The notes under the pieces: model-generated
What the model saw: the letters and a program-made list of their open reading frames with translations, nothing else
The model's database searches: none
What the model was told of the DNA's origin: nothing
Shown here: piece after piece, positions 9,524-19,655 of the stretch
Numbering within the stretch: position 1 is the first letter of the stretch
Layout: every line of letters begins with the position of its first letter
Origin: an uncultured Pseudomonadota bacterium
Lineage (GTDB): Bacteria; Myxococcota_A; Polyangia; Fen-1088
Reading direction: 5' to 3'
NCBI GenBank assembly: GCA_963847705.1
Contig: CAWKBC010000027.1
Coordinates: 320,001 to 384,000 of the forward strand
DNA: 64,000 nucleotides
Position numbers and translations under genes: made by a program

Positions 9524-11184
9524 CGACCCGGTCCGATCGCCAGCCGCCGCGCGCCGCCGGCCCAGCGGACCTCCAGCTCGACGGGGCCGCTGGCGACCGC
9601 CTCGACGCGCGGCGGCTCGCTGGGCGAGCGCCGGGCGGCGCAGCTCAGATCGATCGAGACGTCCGGTCCCAGCGGGTAACGCCGGACGCCGTGGGCGTCG
9701 GTCAACCGCACGTCCCACAGCAGGCGCCGCGCGGCCCCGTCGGGGCGCAGCCCGAAGACGTACTCCAGCAGCACCGCGATCGGCGGGAGGCCCGTCCACC
9801 CGACGAAGTTCGGTTTCGCCGGCACGCCGGGCGCTGCCGATTCGGGCGCGTAGTTCTCGTAGAGCGTGCCGGTCTTCTCGAACACAGCGACGACGTTGTC
9901 CAGGTGGTTGCGCCCAATCTCGTGCGCCAGCGCGTCGCGCCCGACCTCGCTCAGCCCGCGCAGCACCATGTACGTCGTCGGCGCCCAGACGGCGCCCTTC
10001 CAGTAACCGCCGCGCGCGTCGTAGCTCGGGTGATCGGCCGACAGCGACGGGACCCGGTGCGGGCGCTTGAAGGCGAGCGGGTCCTCGAGGTGGGCCACGA
10101 ACGGCGTCAGGCGCGCGGCAGGGACGATCCCCGCCAGCAGCGCCCAGTATCCGGCGACGCTCTTGACGTGGGTGAGGGTGCCGTCGGCGAGCCGATCGCA
10201 ATAGAAGCGCTCGGCGTCGCTCCAGAGGTGGTCGTTGGCGAATTGGCCGAGCCGCGCGCTCTCCTCGCGCATGTCCGCGACCTCAGCCTCCGCGCCCAGC
10301 GTCTGTCCCATCAGCGCCAGGAGGCGCGCCGACAGGAGCTGCTGCAGGGTCGCGTCGATCCAGGTCATGCGCCCGTGGTAGCGCTCCGGGTCGGCGTACG
10401 GCGTGCCGGTGGGCGCGCGCGGCTGGTTGTCCATCCCCGACGCCCAGCCCGTCGACCAGTAGGCGCCGTCGGGCCAGGTCCGGTAGGCGCGCAGCCACTG
10501 GTGGTAGGCGCAAAGGACCGGGAAGACCCGCGCCAGCCGGTCGCGGTCCCCGAAGTTGCGGTAGTGCTCCCACTCGGCCCAGGCCAGCACGTTCGGTCCC
10601 GTCGACGATGGATCGAAGCGGGGGAACCGATCGTCGCCCAGCGCGCGCCCGATCTCGCGGCAGATGAACCCGTCGGCATGTTGCTTGACGTAGAAGTTGT
10701 CGAGGGTCCGAATGAACGGAAACGCCCGCGCCCCGTACCGTCCGAACAGCGTCATGAAGCACGAGTCCCACAGGAAGACGCAGTCGTTGAAGGCCGGGTC
10801 GATGAAGCGGGCCACGAACCCGCTCTGCGGTTCCGGCCGGCGCAGGTTCGCGAACGCCAGCTTCCAGGCCTTCTTCGCGCAGGCGATCGCCGCCGCGTGG
10901 CCCTCCCAGAACGGCTCCGGCAAGAGGTGGCTGGCCTGATCGAAGCCGGGGACCGCCGCGGCGTCCGGCGACATCTGCAAGAACGTGTTGCGCGCGACCA
11001 GCGGGTTGCGCACGTAAGTCTCGTAGGGTGCGCGAATCCAGGGCCCGCGGCTGATCGGTCCGCGGACCGGCTCCAGCGCCGGCGGGGGGCGGGGCCAGGC
11101 CCGGGCGGCGCGCCCGCTCGAGGTGACGACGGCCGCGACGGCTGCTGCCGGGGGCACCATCAACATGCGGCGGCGGGTCACCAT
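9520..11184 (-). CDS. GH63/MGH1-like (alpha/alpha)6 glycoside hydrolase with probable Tat signal
   Basis: N-terminal MVTRRRML..ARA. Motifs FLWDSCF, SGMDNQPR, YWKGAVWAPTTYMV, TLYENYAPE, FVGWTG. Confidence 0.8.
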   Translation of the reverse strand: MVTRRRMLMVPPAAAVAAVVTSSGRAARAWPRPPPALEPVRGPISRGPWIRAPYETYVRNPLVARNTFLQMSPDAAAVPGFDQASHLLPEPFWEGHAAAIACAKKAWKLAFANLRRPEPQSGFVARFIDPAFNDCVFLWDSCFMTLFGRYGARAFPFIRTLDNFYVKQHADGFICREIGRALGDDRFPRFDPSSTGPNVLAWAEWEHYRNFGDRDRLARVFPVLCAYHQWLRAYRTWPDGAYWSTGWASGMDNQPRAPTGTPYADPERYHGRMTWIDATLQQLLSARLLALMGQTLGAEAEVADMREESARLGQFANDHLWSDAERFYCDRLADGTLTHVKSVAGYWALLAGIVPAARLTPFVAHLEDPLAFKRPHRVPSLSADHPSYDARGGYWKGAVWAPTTYMVLRGLSEVGRDALAHEIGRNHLDNVVAVFEKTGTLYENYAPESAAPGVPAKPNFVGWTGLPPIAVLLEYVFGLRPDGAARRLLWDVRLTDAHGVRRYPLGPDVSIDLSCAARRSPSEPPRVEAVASGPVELEVRWAGGARRLAIGPGR

Positions 11185-11285
11185 GGCGCGGTCGACGACG
11201 GCAACCTTACGACGGGAACTGGCGGCCGGGTACACGGCAAATAGTTGACGGCTCTCGCCAGCGTCGGACAATCGGCGACCGGTCC

Positions 11286-11969
11286 ATGCTCGACACCATG
11301 TTCGCCACCGAGACGATGGCCGAGCTCTCCGCGCGGCAAGGGCGCGTGGCGGACGCGGTGGCCATCTATCGACATCTCCTCCGCGGCGCCGAGGCCAACG
11401 AGGGGACGGAGAAATGGAAGCGGCGCCTCGCCGAGCTGGAAGCAGGCTCGTCGACCGCCGCGGCGTCGGCCCCGACCAGCGCCGCCCCACAGATCGGCAG
11501 CGCGCCCGCCCCCTCCACGCCGGCGCCCTCCGCACCTGCCGAGCGCGCAGAGGTGACCGTCCCGCGCGCCTCGCTCGTCATTCGCGAGCCGGTCCGCTCG
11601 GGCCAGGTGATCTACGCGGAGGGGCGCGACCTGATCGTGGTGGCCCCGGTTCACGCCGGCGCGCAGCTGCTGGCCGACGGCAACATCCACGTCTACGGCC
11701 CGCTCAAGGGGCGCGCGGTGGCGGGTGCGCACGGCCTGCGCGAGGCGCAGCTGTTCTGCCTGGCGCTCGAAGCGGAGCTGGTCGGCGTGGACACGGGCTA
11801 CCTGCTCAGCGACGACATCCCGGCGCCGCTCCGGAGCGGCCCGGCGCGGGTCTTTCTGACCGCCGAGGGGACCTGCACCGTCGCGGCGCTGGCAGTGGGC
11901 GGGGCGGTCGCGCCCGCGGCGGGGCACCGCGGGCGCCGGATCTTCGGCGATCGAGGAACCGTCCGCTGA
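11286..11969 (+). CDS. minC: MinC C-terminal-domain protein with an atypical TPR-like N-terminus
   Basis: VRSGQVIYAEGRDLIV..AGAQLLADGNIHVYGPLKGRAVAG..LEAELVGV matches the MinC C-terminal beta-helix. The N-terminus (TETMAELSARQG..AIYRHLL) does not resemble MinC_N. Confidence 0.75.
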   Translation: MLDTMFATETMAELSARQGRVADAVAIYRHLLRGAEANEGTEKWKRRLAELEAGSSTAAASAPTSAAPQIGSAPAPSTPAPSAPAERAEVTVPRASLVIREPVRSGQVIYAEGRDLIVVAPVHAGAQLLADGNIHVYGPLKGRAVAGAHGLREAQLFCLALEAELVGVDTGYLLSDDIPAPLRSGPARVFLTAEGTCTVAALAVGGAVAPAAGHRGRRIFGDRGTVR

Positions 11970-12096
11970 AACACACGTGGGGTCGCGACCCGGACGCGCA
12001 GCTCAAAACGCGACATTTTTGTCGCAACGATCGCCCGGACGAGGCGACAGGTCAGCGTGCACGGCGTCGGCTTGACGCTTGCAGCAAACCGTCCCC

Positions 12097-12456
12097 ATGA
12101 CCAATCGACGGAGACTGCTCCTGTTCGGGGCGATCGGGTTTGCTCTCGGAGCCTCGTGCGGTGGCGATCAACAACTGACGGGTAACCGCGGGACTGGTGG
12201 CTCTGACGCCGGAGACGATGCTGCCTGCCTCTACCATCATTATTTTTCTGCGGGATGCGGAGCCGATGTCGCACCTCGTTGCACCGGAGCCGGTGGCGCG
12301 TGCTACAGCGTCGCCTGTGGGTGCAGCGGGAAGGTCATCGGCGGCTGCGCGAACGAATTCGCCGAGCCGTACGCCTACACGTTTCCCGGGAACCTCGACG
12401 GCGGCGACCCTGCGATCGGGATGACCTGCGATCCCGGGAGCGACGCCAGCCAGTAG
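12097..12456 (+). CDS. Small Cys-rich lipoprotein
   Basis: MTNRRRLLLFGAIGFALGASC lipoprotein signal followed by 8 further Cys. Confidence 0.6.
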   Translation: MTNRRRLLLFGAIGFALGASCGGDQQLTGNRGTGGSDAGDDAACLYHHYFSAGCGADVAPRCTGAGGACYSVACGCSGKVIGGCANEFAEPYAYTFPGNLDGGDPAIGMTCDPGSDASQ

Positions 12457-12649
12457 ATCCCCCGACGCCGGTCCGCCGGTCGAAATCGGTAGTCGCGTGA
12501 TCCAGATAAACGGATCCTGGCCTGATCAATTCGTGATGTGTCGCCCACGTCAGGCCGGTGGGCGACCGTGGTCGTCAAAATAGGACCAGGAGCCGGCCAG
12601 CCCCCGCCTCAGCTTCTCTGGCGCCTCTGCCGATTCTCAGGGCGCCACC

Positions 12650-15181
12650 GTGCATCAAGCGCCGACCCTCGTCCCGACCGCTTCCGATGCCGATGCCGAG
12701 GGGCTCCTCGGGCGCGGCGCGGTCATCGGGCGGTTCGTCGTGCTGGGCCTGCTGGGAAAGGGGGGGATGGGCGAGGTGTATGCGGCTCACGATCCCGAGC
12801 TCGATCGGCAGGTCGCCATCAAGCTCCTGCGGGCCGGGGCGGCCAGCGAGTCTCCGGAGGGGCGGACGCGCCTCATGCGCGAGGCGCAGGCGATCGCGCG
12901 GGTCTCGCACCCCAACGTGGTGGTGGTCTACGACGTGGGCACGCTGGGCAACCGGGTGTTCATTGCCATGGAGCTGGTCGCGGGGCACACGCTGCGCTAC
13001 TGGATGCACGAGCGGACCCGGAGCTGGCCCGAGGTGCTGGAGGTGTTCGCGGCGGCGGGGCGGGGGCTGGCCGCCGCGCACGAGCGCGAGCTGGTTCACC
13101 GCGATTTCAAGCCGGACAACGTCATGATCACCCCCGACGGCCAGGTGCGGGTCATGGACTTCGGCCTGGTCCAGCTGGCGGGCGAACGAACCGGCTCCGC
13201 CCGCGACCTCCCGCTCGGGAAGGTCGAGACGGCGACGACGGTGGAGGTCGTGGCCGAGGAGGAAGACCTTTTTGCCACGCGGCCGGTGCGAGCCACCACG
13301 ACGACGATGTCCGCCCGGACGCTGGGCGGCGCGCTGAGCGTCGAGCTGACCCGGACCGGCGCCGCGCTGGGGACGCCTGCGTACATGTCGCCCGAGCAGT
13401 TCCGCAACGAACGCACCGACGCCCGCACCGATCAGTTCAGCTTCTGCGTGGCCCTCTACGAGGCGCTCTACGACGAACGGCCGTTCCCCGGCGCGAGCCT
13501 CCAAGAGCTGTCGGCGGCTGTCTGCAGCGGGACGGTCTCCGAGGCGCCGACGGAGAAGCAGGTTCCCGGGTGGCTCCGGGAGGCGCTGCTGCGGGGCCTG
13601 CGCCGCGATCCGGAGGGGCGCTGGCCGTCGATGCGGGCGCTGGTCGCCGAGCTGGACAGGCATCCGGCGATCGCCAACCGCCGCCGCTTCGCCGCCGCCG
13701 CCGCTGAGAAGCTGGAAGGGATCTGGGAGGCACCACGCGGCCCGGCGCCGGTGGAGACGCCGGCCAAGGCGGCGATGCGGGCCGCTTTTCTGGCCAGCGG
13801 CAAGAGCTACGCGGCGAAGGCGTGGGAGGGCGCGGGCCAGATCCTGGATCGCTACGCCCGCCGATGGACCGATCTCTATGTGGAGGCCTGCGAGGCCACC
13901 CACGTGCGGGAGGAGCAGTCGGCCGAGGTCCTCGACCTGCGGATGGCCTGTCTGCGGCAAGGGCTGGAGGATCTTCGCGCGCTGGTGAAGATGTTCCAGC
14001 AGCCGACGGCGGAGGTGATCGAAAACGCGGTCAGCGCGGCGAGCGCGCTCGGCAACCTGGAACGCTGCGAGAACATCGAGATGCTGCGCGCGGTCGTCCG
14101 CCCGCCGGAGGATCCGTCCACGCGCCAGGAGGTCGACCGGCTGCGCTCCCGGCTGGCGGAGGTGCGCGCGCTCTGCCGCGTCGGGCGGATCAACGAAGGG
14201 CTCGCGGCGGCGGCCTCCTTGGAGCCTGCCGCCCGCGCCCTGCGATATGGGCCGCTGCTCGCCGAGGTTCTGTTGGCGATCTGCCGCCTCCCCGAGGAAC
14301 GAGGCGCGTGGGCCGACGCGGCCCGCCTCTCCGAGGAGGCCATGTTGACGGCGCTGTCCTGCGGGCACGAAGAGGCGGCGGCGGAAGCGGCCGCGTTGCT
14401 GGTCGGGCACGCGACCTACGCCGGGGAGCACCTGGCAGACGCCTGGTGTCGGCTCGCCGAGGCGCTGCTGCGACGAATCGGTGGGCACGACCTGCTGTGG
14501 GGCTGGCTGTTCACCAACCGCGCGGGGCTCCGCGGCAAGCAGGGACGGATCGTCGACGCACTCGAGGACTCCCGCTTGTCACTGGCCGCCAAGGAGAGGG
14601 CGCTCGGGCCCGATCAGCCGGACATCGGGATCTCCCTCTGCAACATCGCCGTCCACCTCGACGAGCTGGGCGAGCTCTCCGAGGCTCTCGTTTACGGCGC
14701 CCGCGCGCTCGAGATCGCGGAGCGTGGCTTTGGAGCGGATCACCCGCGCACCGCGCTGGTCCTGTCCAACAACAGCGAGTATCTGGCGCGCAGCGGCCGC
14801 TGGGACGAAGCGGCGGACGCCGCTGCCCGTGCGCTCGCGATCTTCGAGCGAGAGGCCGATCCGGAGGGGATGTTCGCCTTCCTGGGCCTGACGGCGCTGG
14901 GGACGGCCCACCTCGGCGCGGGGCGGGTGGACGAGGCCCTGCCGATCCTCGAGCGCGCCAATCGCATCGGTGAGGCCGGCGCCCCCACGATCAAGTACCG
15001 CGCGCAGGCCCGCTTCGCGCTGGGGCGCGCCCTCTGGAAAATCGAGGGCGAACGTCCGCGGGCGGTGGCCCTGGCGAAAGCGGCGCGGCAGGACTACGAA
15101 CGTTCGCAACAGACCCCCACCACGGAACGAGAGCTGGCGATCGTCGACGCCTGGCTGGCCGCGCGTTCGGCAGCGTCGTAG
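12650..15181 (+). CDS. Ser/Thr protein kinase with C-terminal TPR repeats (myxobacterial type)
   Basis: GKGGMGEVY, VAIK, HRDFKPDN, DFG, GTPAYMSPE, DQFSFC. TPR_12-like repeats (ALGPDQPD, GADHPRTA). Confidence 0.92.
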   Translation: MHQAPTLVPTASDADAEGLLGRGAVIGRFVVLGLLGKGGMGEVYAAHDPELDRQVAIKLLRAGAASESPEGRTRLMREAQAIARVSHPNVVVVYDVGTLGNRVFIAMELVAGHTLRYWMHERTRSWPEVLEVFAAAGRGLAAAHERELVHRDFKPDNVMITPDGQVRVMDFGLVQLAGERTGSARDLPLGKVETATTVEVVAEEEDLFATRPVRATTTTMSARTLGGALSVELTRTGAALGTPAYMSPEQFRNERTDARTDQFSFCVALYEALYDERPFPGASLQELSAAVCSGTVSEAPTEKQVPGWLREALLRGLRRDPEGRWPSMRALVAELDRHPAIANRRRFAAAAAEKLEGIWEAPRGPAPVETPAKAAMRAAFLASGKSYAAKAWEGAGQILDRYARRWTDLYVEACEATHVREEQSAEVLDLRMACLRQGLEDLRALVKMFQQPTAEVIENAVSAASALGNLERCENIEMLRAVVRPPEDPSTRQEVDRLRSRLAEVRALCRVGRINEGLAAAASLEPAARALRYGPLLAEVLLAICRLPEERGAWADAARLSEEAMLTALSCGHEEAAAEAAALLVGHATYAGEHLADAWCRLAEALLRRIGGHDLLWGWLFTNRAGLRGKQGRIVDALEDSRLSLAAKERALGPDQPDIGISLCNIAVHLDELGELSEALVYGARALEIAERGFGADHPRTALVLSNNSEYLARSGRWDEAADAAARALAIFEREADPEGMFAFLGLTALGTAHLGAGRVDEALPILERANRIGEAGAPTIKYRAQARFALGRALWKIEGERPRAVALAKAARQDYERSQQTPTTERELAIVDAWLAARSAAS

Positions 15182-15307
15182 GGCGCGCGTCTCCGGCCGC
15201 GAGGGGGCGGCGGCAAGCCTCCAACAGCTGCATCTTCAATGACCAACATTCCCGGAAAAGCGCCGTGCCGCAGCGGCGCTCGTCGGATCCAAAGCCGGCC
15301 GGCGGTC

Positions 15308-17182
15308 TCAGGCAGCCGCGGCCAGCGCTCCAAGCAGACGGCCCCCGTCGACCGGTTTGGTCAGGTGCTGGGCAAAACCGGCCTGCTTGGCCCGGGCGCG
15401 ATCGGAATCCTGTCCGTAGCCGGTCAGGGCGATCAGCCGGGGCAACTGTTTGCCGAGCTCGGCGCGCAGTCGACCCGCCAGCTCGTAGCCGTCCATGACC
15501 GGCAGGCCGATGTCCAGGATGGCGACGTCCGCAACGAAGGTCTTCATGATCTTCAGCGCGGTGGGCCCATCCTTCGCCGTCGTCACCAGGTGCCCGGCGT
15601 TGCGCAGGACCTCTGCCAGCAGCTCGAGAGCGTCCTCGTTGTCGTCGACCACCAGGATTCGTTGCCGCGCGCCGGTCACCGGGTCCGCCGCCGACGAAGA
15701 ATCGATCGCCACCGGCTCTTCGGTGGCCAGCGGCAGCCGAACGATGAACTCGCTCCCCTTCCCAAGTCCCTTGCTCTCAGCCTGGACGGTCCCGCCATGC
15801 AGCTCCACCAGGTTGCGAACGATCGTGAGCCCGATTCCCAGGCCGCCTCGCGAGCGATCTGCGGCCTGGCGCTCTTGGGTGAACATGTCGAAGACGTGCG
15901 GCAAGACCTCGGCGGAGATGCCGATGCCGCTGTCCCTGACGGTGAGAACCAGCTCGGCGCCCTGACGACGCGCCTCGATGGTGATGCGCCCTCCCGGATC
16001 CGTGTACTTGGCGGCGTTGGTGATGAGGTTGGAAACAACCTGTGCCAGGCGCCCTTCGTCTCCGTTCAATCGCAGCTCGGAGGAGGGGAGGTGGACCTCG
16101 AGATGGTGACGGCGCTGCTCGACCAGGGGCATCGCGATCTCGGCCCCTTGCGCCACGACGTCTTGCAGGCGCAGCAGTCGCTTTTTGATCTGAATCGTGC
16201 CGCGGGTGATGCGGGAGACATCGAGCAGATCGTCCACCAGCCGGATCAAGTACTGGACCTGGCGCTCCACGATCTCGAGGGCCTTTTCGGATGGACCGTC
16301 GCTCCTCGGCTTCAACAGCTGCAGCGCGGTCACGATGGGCGAGAGCGGATTGCGCAGCTCGTGACCGAGCATGGCGAGGAATTCGTCCTTGGAGCGATTG
16401 GCTTCCCGCAGAGCCTCCGCCGCCCTTCTCTGTTCCGTGATCTCCTCGGCCAGGAAGCTGAACCTTGGCTTCTCGTTCTCTCCGGTGAATGCCACGGTCG
16501 CCCGGTACCAGCGGTTGCCCCCGGGCGTGGGATGCTCGTATTCGATCTGCACCGGAGCACCTTCGCGCTGGGCCCTCCGGTAGCTCTGCAGCCAGAGCCG
16601 CACTTCCTCTGGTGAGCCGAACTTTTCCGCGCGCCTGTTGGCCATCCGTTCCGGAGTGGTCCCGAGTGAATCGGCCAGGGCCTGGTTGGCGCTCAGGAAG
16701 ATGATCGAATCGCCGTCGAGCTCGACCAGGCCCATGACGAAGGGGGAGCTGTCGTAGAAGCTCTGCAGGGCACTTCGGTTTTCGCGCAGGCTCTCCTGCA
16801 CCAGCCTCTGCTCGGTCACGTCCGTGATGGCTTCGATCCACCCGTCGGGGGCGCCGGAGGGGCCGAAGGTGGGAACTGAATCCACGTGGATCCAGCGCGG
16901 CCCCAGCCTCTTGTGGAAGACCTGGGCGTCGCGCTTCATCGGCTGACCCGCGAGCGCCGCCTCCACGTGAGGACGCATCCCCTCCAGGCACTCGGTGCCG
17001 ATGACCTCGGCGATCGTGCGTCCGATGATCTGGCTGCGCGAGGCTCCCAGCCAATCTGCATAGCGTTGGCTCACCCACAGGTACCGCATGGCCGCGCTCA
17101 CCTGCGCCACCGCGACAGGCAGAGCACACAGCCTCGCTTCTGCCTGCCTGAGGAGATCCTCGATGGTCCCGGCATCGTCCAT
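15308..17182 (-). CDS. PAS-PAS hybrid sensor histidine kinase with receiver domain
   Basis: FLAMLGHELRNPL, NLITNAAKY, DSGIG, GGLGIGL, receiver ILVVDDN..DIGLPVMDG..HLTKP. Confidence 0.92.
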   Translation of the reverse strand: MDDAGTIEDLLRQAEARLCALPVAVAQVSAAMRYLWVSQRYADWLGASRSQIIGRTIAEVIGTECLEGMRPHVEAALAGQPMKRDAQVFHKRLGPRWIHVDSVPTFGPSGAPDGWIEAITDVTEQRLVQESLRENRSALQSFYDSSPFVMGLVELDGDSIIFLSANQALADSLGTTPERMANRRAEKFGSPEEVRLWLQSYRRAQREGAPVQIEYEHPTPGGNRWYRATVAFTGENEKPRFSFLAEEITEQRRAAEALREANRSKDEFLAMLGHELRNPLSPIVTALQLLKPRSDGPSEKALEIVERQVQYLIRLVDDLLDVSRITRGTIQIKKRLLRLQDVVAQGAEIAMPLVEQRRHHLEVHLPSSELRLNGDEGRLAQVVSNLITNAAKYTDPGGRITIEARRQGAELVLTVRDSGIGISAEVLPHVFDMFTQERQAADRSRGGLGIGLTIVRNLVELHGGTVQAESKGLGKGSEFIVRLPLATEEPVAIDSSSAADPVTGARQRILVVDDNEDALELLAEVLRNAGHLVTTAKDGPTALKIMKTFVADVAILDIGLPVMDGYELAGRLRAELGKQLPRLIALTGYGQDSDRARAKQAGFAQHLTKPVDGGRLLGALAAAA

Positions 17183-17254
17183 GACGCCTGCACAATCTAA
17201 GTCGCCGCGCGCGGTCCAAGTCGCCGCGCGCGCGCCAACCTGGAATCGCGGAAG

Positions 17255-17465
17255 AGCCGAGATGGCCCATCTCGCCGCGCAGGAGTTGATTCAGAGCAAC
17301 AGCCCGCTGGCGGCGTACGTGAAGTAAGTCGGCTCAGCCCGTCGATCCTGGAGGTCGTTGCGCTCCTCGACGACTCAGCATTTCACCCGATCCGGCCGTC
17401 GTTGATCCCGAACGCCGCGAAGACGTAGTCGCCCGCCTTGACGTTGTTGATGAGGGGTCTTCCAT
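17255..17465. pseudogene. Possible remnants of an SGNH (rhamnogalacturonan acetylesterase-like) gene in two orientations
   Basis: Minus strand reads LINNVKAGDYVFAAFGINDG (like the SGNH block III DYVxIQFGHND). Plus strand reads AEMAHLAAQELIQSNSPLAAYVK-stop, resembling a C-terminus. Confidence 0.35.
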
Positions 17466-17639
17466 GGCGGGACAGCAAACGGCCAAGGTAGTCACGGGGC
17501 CCACACCACCCGTGAGATACCCATGTTCGCCTACGATGCCCGCATCCGCTGGCGTGCTGTTTTTTGCCCTCAAAGGGGACTTTCAAAAAAAAATGAGACC
17601 TCTCGTGATCAGAGCCGCGGTGTCCGGGAATGCGTGAGC

Positions 17640-18872
17640 ATGAACTACACGCCCCCGCGTCGTTCTCAGTGGTCGACCTGCGTCATCTTGTCCTGCTTTG
17701 TCGGTGTGGCCCTCGCTGGCTGCGCGCAATCGACACCGCTCGGAGGTGAAACTGGAAGTGGAGGGACGGGCGAGACCGGTGGCGAAACCGGTGGCTCGCC
17801 AGGAACGGGCGGAAGCCAGACGAGCGGGTCCGGCGGAACCGGAACCGGCGGCCTGATCGGCACGGGCGGGACGACCGGGACTGGCGGAGCAGCAACGGGT
17901 GGCGCGATCGGGACGGGCGGCGCGAAGGGTGGGACGAGCGGGACCGGCGGCACCGGGACCGGCGGTGCGAGCGGGACGGGTGGCGCCAAGGGCGGGACGA
18001 CCGGGACCGGCGGCCTCACCGGGACGGGCGGCATCGTCGGGACGGGTGGGATCGTCGGGACGGGCGGCATCGTCGGGACGGGTGGCGCCAAGGGCGGAGC
18101 GACGGGAACGGGCGGCACCGGGACGGGCGGCGCCAAGGGGGGGACGACCGGCACCAGCGGGACCGGCGGCGCCACCGCGACCGGCGGCAGCGGGGACGGA
18201 GGAACTGATCCTTGTTCGGTGACGACTCTCCCGAGCGGCGGTACGGCGCACAACTCCTCGAATGCCTCGGGCACCGCGGCTGGCCTCGACTGGACGATCT
18301 GGTCGAATGGGTCGGCGGGAACCATCACCACCTACACCACGCCAGCTTTCTCTGCGTCCTGGAACAACTCGGGCGACTTCCTGGCCCGCATCGGCCTGCA
18401 ATGGAACGACACCAAGACCTACGACCAGCTGGGAACGGTCAACGCGGAATACTCGCAAACGAAGTCGGGAAGCGGCGGCGGCTACTCGTACATCGGAATT
18501 TACGGATGGTCGGTCAACCCGTGCGTCGAGTGGTACATCGTTGACGACTCTTACAACAAGATGCCGGTCAATCCGGGCAGCACGACCAACAAGGGCACGG
18601 CAATGATTGATGGGGGGACCTACACCCTCTACACGCGCGCCACGTCCGGAACCGGTGGCTCGAAGTGCTCTGGCGTCTCGAGCTGGACGCAGTTCTACAG
18701 CGTGCGACAGACGGCTCGCCAGTGTGGGCAGATTTCCATCAGCCAGCACTTTGCGGCGTGGGCCGCCGCGGGAATGACGTTGGGGAAGATGGACCAGGCC
18801 CAGATCCTCGTCGAGGTCGGGGGCGGCAGCGGAAGCATCTCCTTCCCGGTGGCCAACGTAACCGTTCAGTAG
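17640..18872 (+). CDS. GH11 endo-1,4-beta-xylanase lipoprotein with GTGG linker
   Basis: Lipobox LAGC, ~155 aa Gly/Thr linker, YIGIYGWSVNPCVEWYIVD (nucleophile E), TQFYSVRQ, HFAAWAAAG, ILVEVGGGSGS (acid/base E). Confidence 0.9.
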   Translation: MNYTPPRRSQWSTCVILSCFVGVALAGCAQSTPLGGETGSGGTGETGGETGGSPGTGGSQTSGSGGTGTGGLIGTGGTTGTGGAATGGAIGTGGAKGGTSGTGGTGTGGASGTGGAKGGTTGTGGLTGTGGIVGTGGIVGTGGIVGTGGAKGGATGTGGTGTGGAKGGTTGTSGTGGATATGGSGDGGTDPCSVTTLPSGGTAHNSSNASGTAAGLDWTIWSNGSAGTITTYTTPAFSASWNNSGDFLARIGLQWNDTKTYDQLGTVNAEYSQTKSGSGGGYSYIGIYGWSVNPCVEWYIVDDSYNKMPVNPGSTTNKGTAMIDGGTYTLYTRATSGTGGSKCSGVSSWTQFYSVRQTARQCGQISISQHFAAWAAAGMTLGKMDQAQILVEVGGGSGSISFPVANVTVQ

Positions 18873-19655
18873 TCGCTCACCCGCGGGGGCCCGCGGGGGG
18901 ATTGAAAGGACCCGGCCCGGCGATGCTCGGGCGTCGCGCGCCGGCCTTGGACCGAGCAGGCGCTCTCGAAGCGCGGAGGGCGGGGCGGCGCCCGGCTGAT
19001 CGCGCGCTTCCCCGGCGCCGCCTGCGCCCCTCCGGCGCCAGTCGCCCCGCGCCGCCCGAAGCCCCCGCGCCGCCGCCGGCACCTCCGCCCGATCCGCCAC
19101 CTCCGCCGGTCGCATTGCTCCCGCCAAACCGTCCGCGTGGTGACGAAAATCGGAGCCGTCGCGACCTCGGCAGGACACCTCCTGGTGTGGTGCCGAGGGC
19201 GTCTCGGGGCTCAGGAGGGCCTTGCTGCGGTGAGCCGAGCTGGGTTTGTTCGAAAAATCAAACGGTAACAATCACTTGTGAGTTGGCGTCCGTCGCATGA
19301 AAAATTCGTCAACGACGATCACAATTGTCGGCGGCGTTCCCTTTTGTCATGGAAAGATCCGCGGGTCGGCTGGATGACGGGACCAGTGCGATCGGGCGCC
19401 GCCCATCCGATTGGCACCTCACGCTGCTCGGCGCAGCCCGGCGACCAGCGCCGGTGCAAGAAGCCCCGTTCAACCGCCAAGGACGCCGGCGGCACAGACT
19501 CGGGTGAAGGCCGGATCGCGTTCACACGTTCGCATCGATGGTTGTTTTCGTCCGGCCGGCTTGTTAAGAAACTTGGTCATTGCCCGCATGACGTTCGCAT
19601 CAGAAGGCCTTGGTCGATTTCATGATCAAAGAGTCTTCTGCCGGCAATAAGATAA

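Noticed and set aside
19195-19270. GAACAAAC-containing minus-strand segment resembling the start of the GEMM riboswitch
   Set aside because: Lacks GGCAAA, the GNRA-capped P2 and GACGCAAAG.
19411-19428. TTGGCAC..CTGC as a sigma-54 promoter for the kinase operon
   Set aside because: Spacing is GG-N11-GC rather than the strict N10.
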